From: Balanoglossus misakiensis
Lineage: Eukaryota; Animalia; Hemichordata
Assembly: GCA_040954595.2 (NCBI GenBank)
Contig: CM082583.2
Coordinates: forward strand, 6,818,849 to 6,882,848
DNA length: 64,000 nt
Direction of reading: 5' to 3'
Below the pieces are notes generated by a model. It saw only the letters and a list, made by a program, of their open reading frames with translations. It searched no databases and was not told the origin of the DNA. The position numbers were made by a program, and so were the translations under genes. Shown here in pieces: positions 60,701-64,000 of the stretch (the first letter of the stretch is position 1; each line of letters starts with the position of its first letter).

Positions 60701-63700
60701 ATACATTAAAATCCCTGCAAGGCCAAATGTTAATTACTGTAAGTCTAATAATGAAATCCAGAGACAGTTATTTTAAAATACTGGCCCAGCTATTCTTATA
60801 CTGACTGCATGGATGTCCTTTATGTTTGTATTGGAGAGATGAGACCACATGATTGGGTCAGCGTGCTCCATCTTGGATGGTCCCGCCCTCTAGATCTAGC
60901 TGTTCCTTCCTATTGGAAATATTGGATAATTGGAAGTCATTACCAGCTGGGTCAGGAAATATGGTACAAATGTTGTTTGCATTCTACTTGTAATGAGGTG
61001 TCTCTGAAAAAACTATTGCCCCCAGCCAAGTGTGACTGTCATCTCCCTTACGTGTACTTCCACATTGAACAGATAATGCAATGGTCTGATCCAGGGTGTA
61101 TTGATGAACAAGGGTTGGCTATAATGTGCAGTCTAGTAGCTCTGAGGTTTATGTTCTCTGATGTCAAAGATATTTTTAAATATTAAATGCACAGTTCATT
61201 GATCATTAAGATATTTTCTTATTTACAGCTAATGTAGAAAGTTAAAATACCACGTGCACTGTTTGGCTTCAAGTACTCTACATGTCTGTGGTTGGATATC
61301 CCATAGTGCTTCTCAGCGGCCAATACTTGTATTACCGGTACATGATGATGGGAAAGTTGAAAATATGAAACACTTATAAACCCGGGAGCATTTTTAAAAT
61401 TGAGTTGTGCATAGAGACAGCCGCAAGACACAGTTTGTGATCAGCTCAGTGCTGGGGTAAGATTAGAAAGTTCCACTCTTCCATCAAGCATGGAGTTTTT
61501 AATGAGATGAGCCACGAGGTACGGTTGATGATTTTTGTTAGCCTACAGAGTTCAGCAGCTGTGTTGCGGGAGGTGGCGGTGGTGGTGGGCATGCGTGTGG
61601 TTCTGGAGTAGTCCTGTGAATCCAGTTCTTTTTCTTGCTACAGTGGGGTCAGCTTGGTTCGCTGGCACCTGAGTCACATGTCCGCATGAGAGCTAGGCCA
61701 TCAATCAGTGCCTTTGGTGTGATTAGTGTTGCAGTAGCCAATCAGCACGTCTGTCTCTGTGCGCGCGCGGATTATAGAGAAAACAGATCTGAAGTTGAAA
61801 GTAAATTTGACGTCTGCCCGTGACGGTGGCGGGCCAATCGCCAGATCCAATTATATGAAAGTGGGAACTCCCGGGGAATTCTGAAAGTTTGCGTATGTGA
61901 TTATACGCATCACAGTTATAAATCAGTTATGCGCGGGGACTGCTGTCGGAGATTAGCGCTCTTGAAATTAGATGTTCCCTGCAATGCGCGGAGCAAAGGG
62001 CCACGTGGAAAGTCGCTACTTCGGCGTGCCATGATGACAGAGTCCATTTGCGGGGGAAAAAAAACAACACTGTCAGTTTTCATTATTTCTAACTGTTCCA
62101 CTGATTCCTGGCTCAGGTGCAGCTACGCCGTGGACATTGTTTGCAGCGGGGTTATGTTTTACTGACAGAACCTGGACTTGGTAATTTACAATCTCGTATG
62201 GCAGAGTTAGGTCATTAAAGATGCACTCCCACGAGTGCTGTAAACCGCTGCATGCAGTCTTGCCTGACTCATGATGAAGTGGAGAGCTTCCTTTCCTTTT
62301 CCCATTGTCGGTACAATCGCGAATTTGTTTTAACATTCAGCTCTCTTCAAAGAACTCTTGTGAGTCAGAGATACCAGTCGTTGACCGTAAATTCTCAGAA
62401 AGGGTATTTCAGAGATAATCAAAACCCCATGCTCGTTGAATAAAATGGGGCTTTAGTCAGTCCTGATCGGTTTATTTCCCCATGATAGTCAATCCCCCAG
62501 ACAAATCATAAAAGTTCACATCCCCAAGCTGTTTTCACCTTGAACGCTAGACGCTACACAACGGCTGTTGACAGCAATATGTTAAAAGGAAATGAAATCA
62601 CAAGGACTTTCTTTTTACAGTGTAATGATGCATGTAAACTGTATCAGCTCTGGAGGAGGGAGTGATTTTTCACTTCCGAGGATTTGGGGCCGGAGATGGA
62701 CAGCCAGGCTGGTGTGGCAGTGGCCTAATGAAGATGTATGTTTAGTGGGAGAGTTTGCTTGTTTGGACTGGAAAACCGGTATATCACCAATTACATGTTC
62801 GGAGGGGAACCATGCATGGAGGATTAATATACCTTGGGGGGTTTGCCCAACAATGTGTGTGCTGTCTTTGCTGAGTCTAAACTATCATGTCCCCTTTTGT
62901 TTTGACAGTGTACAGTGTGTCTACACTGGTGTGAAAAGTGGGAGGGGAGAGCCATTGAAAGGCAATTATCAGAGAGTTAATCATTATTATTCTCCTTTAT
63001 CCCAGCAATACCATCTGGGTACCTCTCTCTCTCTTTTCAGTCATGTCCCCCCAGGGGATTTGAGATGGCTCATCAGTGACAAATTGCACCCTGAGTGTTA
63101 TTGAACAATCGCTGTGTAATAAAAATTCCCAGTGAATATTTTCAGTTTTAGTGATGTGTGTTGCCTCTTTTAGCTTAATAATCCCTCTTGCTGGCAAAGA
63201 TAATCTTCTAAAAATAACTTTCCCCAAATTCACCTCTCTCGTCCCCAAGAGCTTGTTCTAGGAAATACACAATTGGTGATACCCAGGTGATAACCTCAGC
63301 AAACCTGTCTGATGTAGGGCTTCAGTATAACGAATTGGAAAAACACACATGGTCTGAAATTGCCAGCATCCTTGATAGTAGAGGCCATTACCCGGGATAC
63401 CATTTTCCAGTATATTTTAATTTGCAGGCTTTTATGGGATAATTCACTTTTTATGTGGCAGTCAGTATTGCAACCGCAGGATAGAATGATACAGGGTCCA
63501 CCAAACAGTTCTGCCTTTAAAAATATTGAATTGCAACACCAGACTGACAAATGATACTAATTTTTTTTGGTTGTGTCCAATTTCAAATGATATAATTATA
63601 AACACAAGGCCAGACAGCCATGTCATTGATTAACATGCAAGGCAGTGTATGACCTAGGGCAAATCATAAGTGACTGTAGTATTATTTCATTAAATATTCA

Positions 63701-64000
63701 CTTTATTATCATGGATGACAGGACAGTGTATTTATAATTACATTATGGGATGGGGTCGTTGTCTTAAAAAGACCAAGCTAGCTGGACCACCATGTTTGCT
63801 GTTTGTATCTGACTGTAATTTTGGAAGAAGGGGCCCTGATCGCAGATATCACTTCGCAAAATCTCATCAATATCGCTCTTACCGCAAAGAAAAAAAGTGA
63901 CTCAAAAGGCAAGGAGTATCATATCAAATTAAAGACATAATCATTAATTAAACTGCAGTGCTATCCTCGATATCAACCTCAGTAATTTGCTACTTTGGGT

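Noticed and set aside
62592-63104. 170-aa ORF in the ASH1L intron
   Set aside because: Trp/Cys-rich, random-looking composition, no ASH1L similarity and no clear splice signals.

Overview
This is an AT-rich, intron-rich eukaryotic genomic window, most likely from a non-vertebrate deuterostome (inference only). I assembled five protein-coding genes by hand from GT-AG splice sites with consistent phases. They are GOLPH3 (-, 4 exons, 286 aa) head-to-head with CFAP161 (+, 7 exons, 289 aa); a highly divergent ZSWIM4/5/6/8-family cullin-ElonginBC substrate receptor (+, 14 exons, ~1155 aa); and DAP3/MRPS29 (-, 12 exons, 406 aa) head-to-head with the first coding exon of ASH1L (+), whose next intron runs to the window end. 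The most notable observations are the divergent ZSWIM paralog with a compositionally odd high-GC3 terminal exon, the DAP3-ASH1L divergent pair, two 25-29-bp CATAGACAG palindromes with target-site duplications resembling P-element excision footprints, a strong excess of the TACATGTA palindrome, and a candidate antisense transcription unit inside GOLPH3 intron 2. I saw no rRNA, intact tRNA, CRISPR array or autonomous transposon. Gene names come from recalled protein-family motifs, not from database searches.
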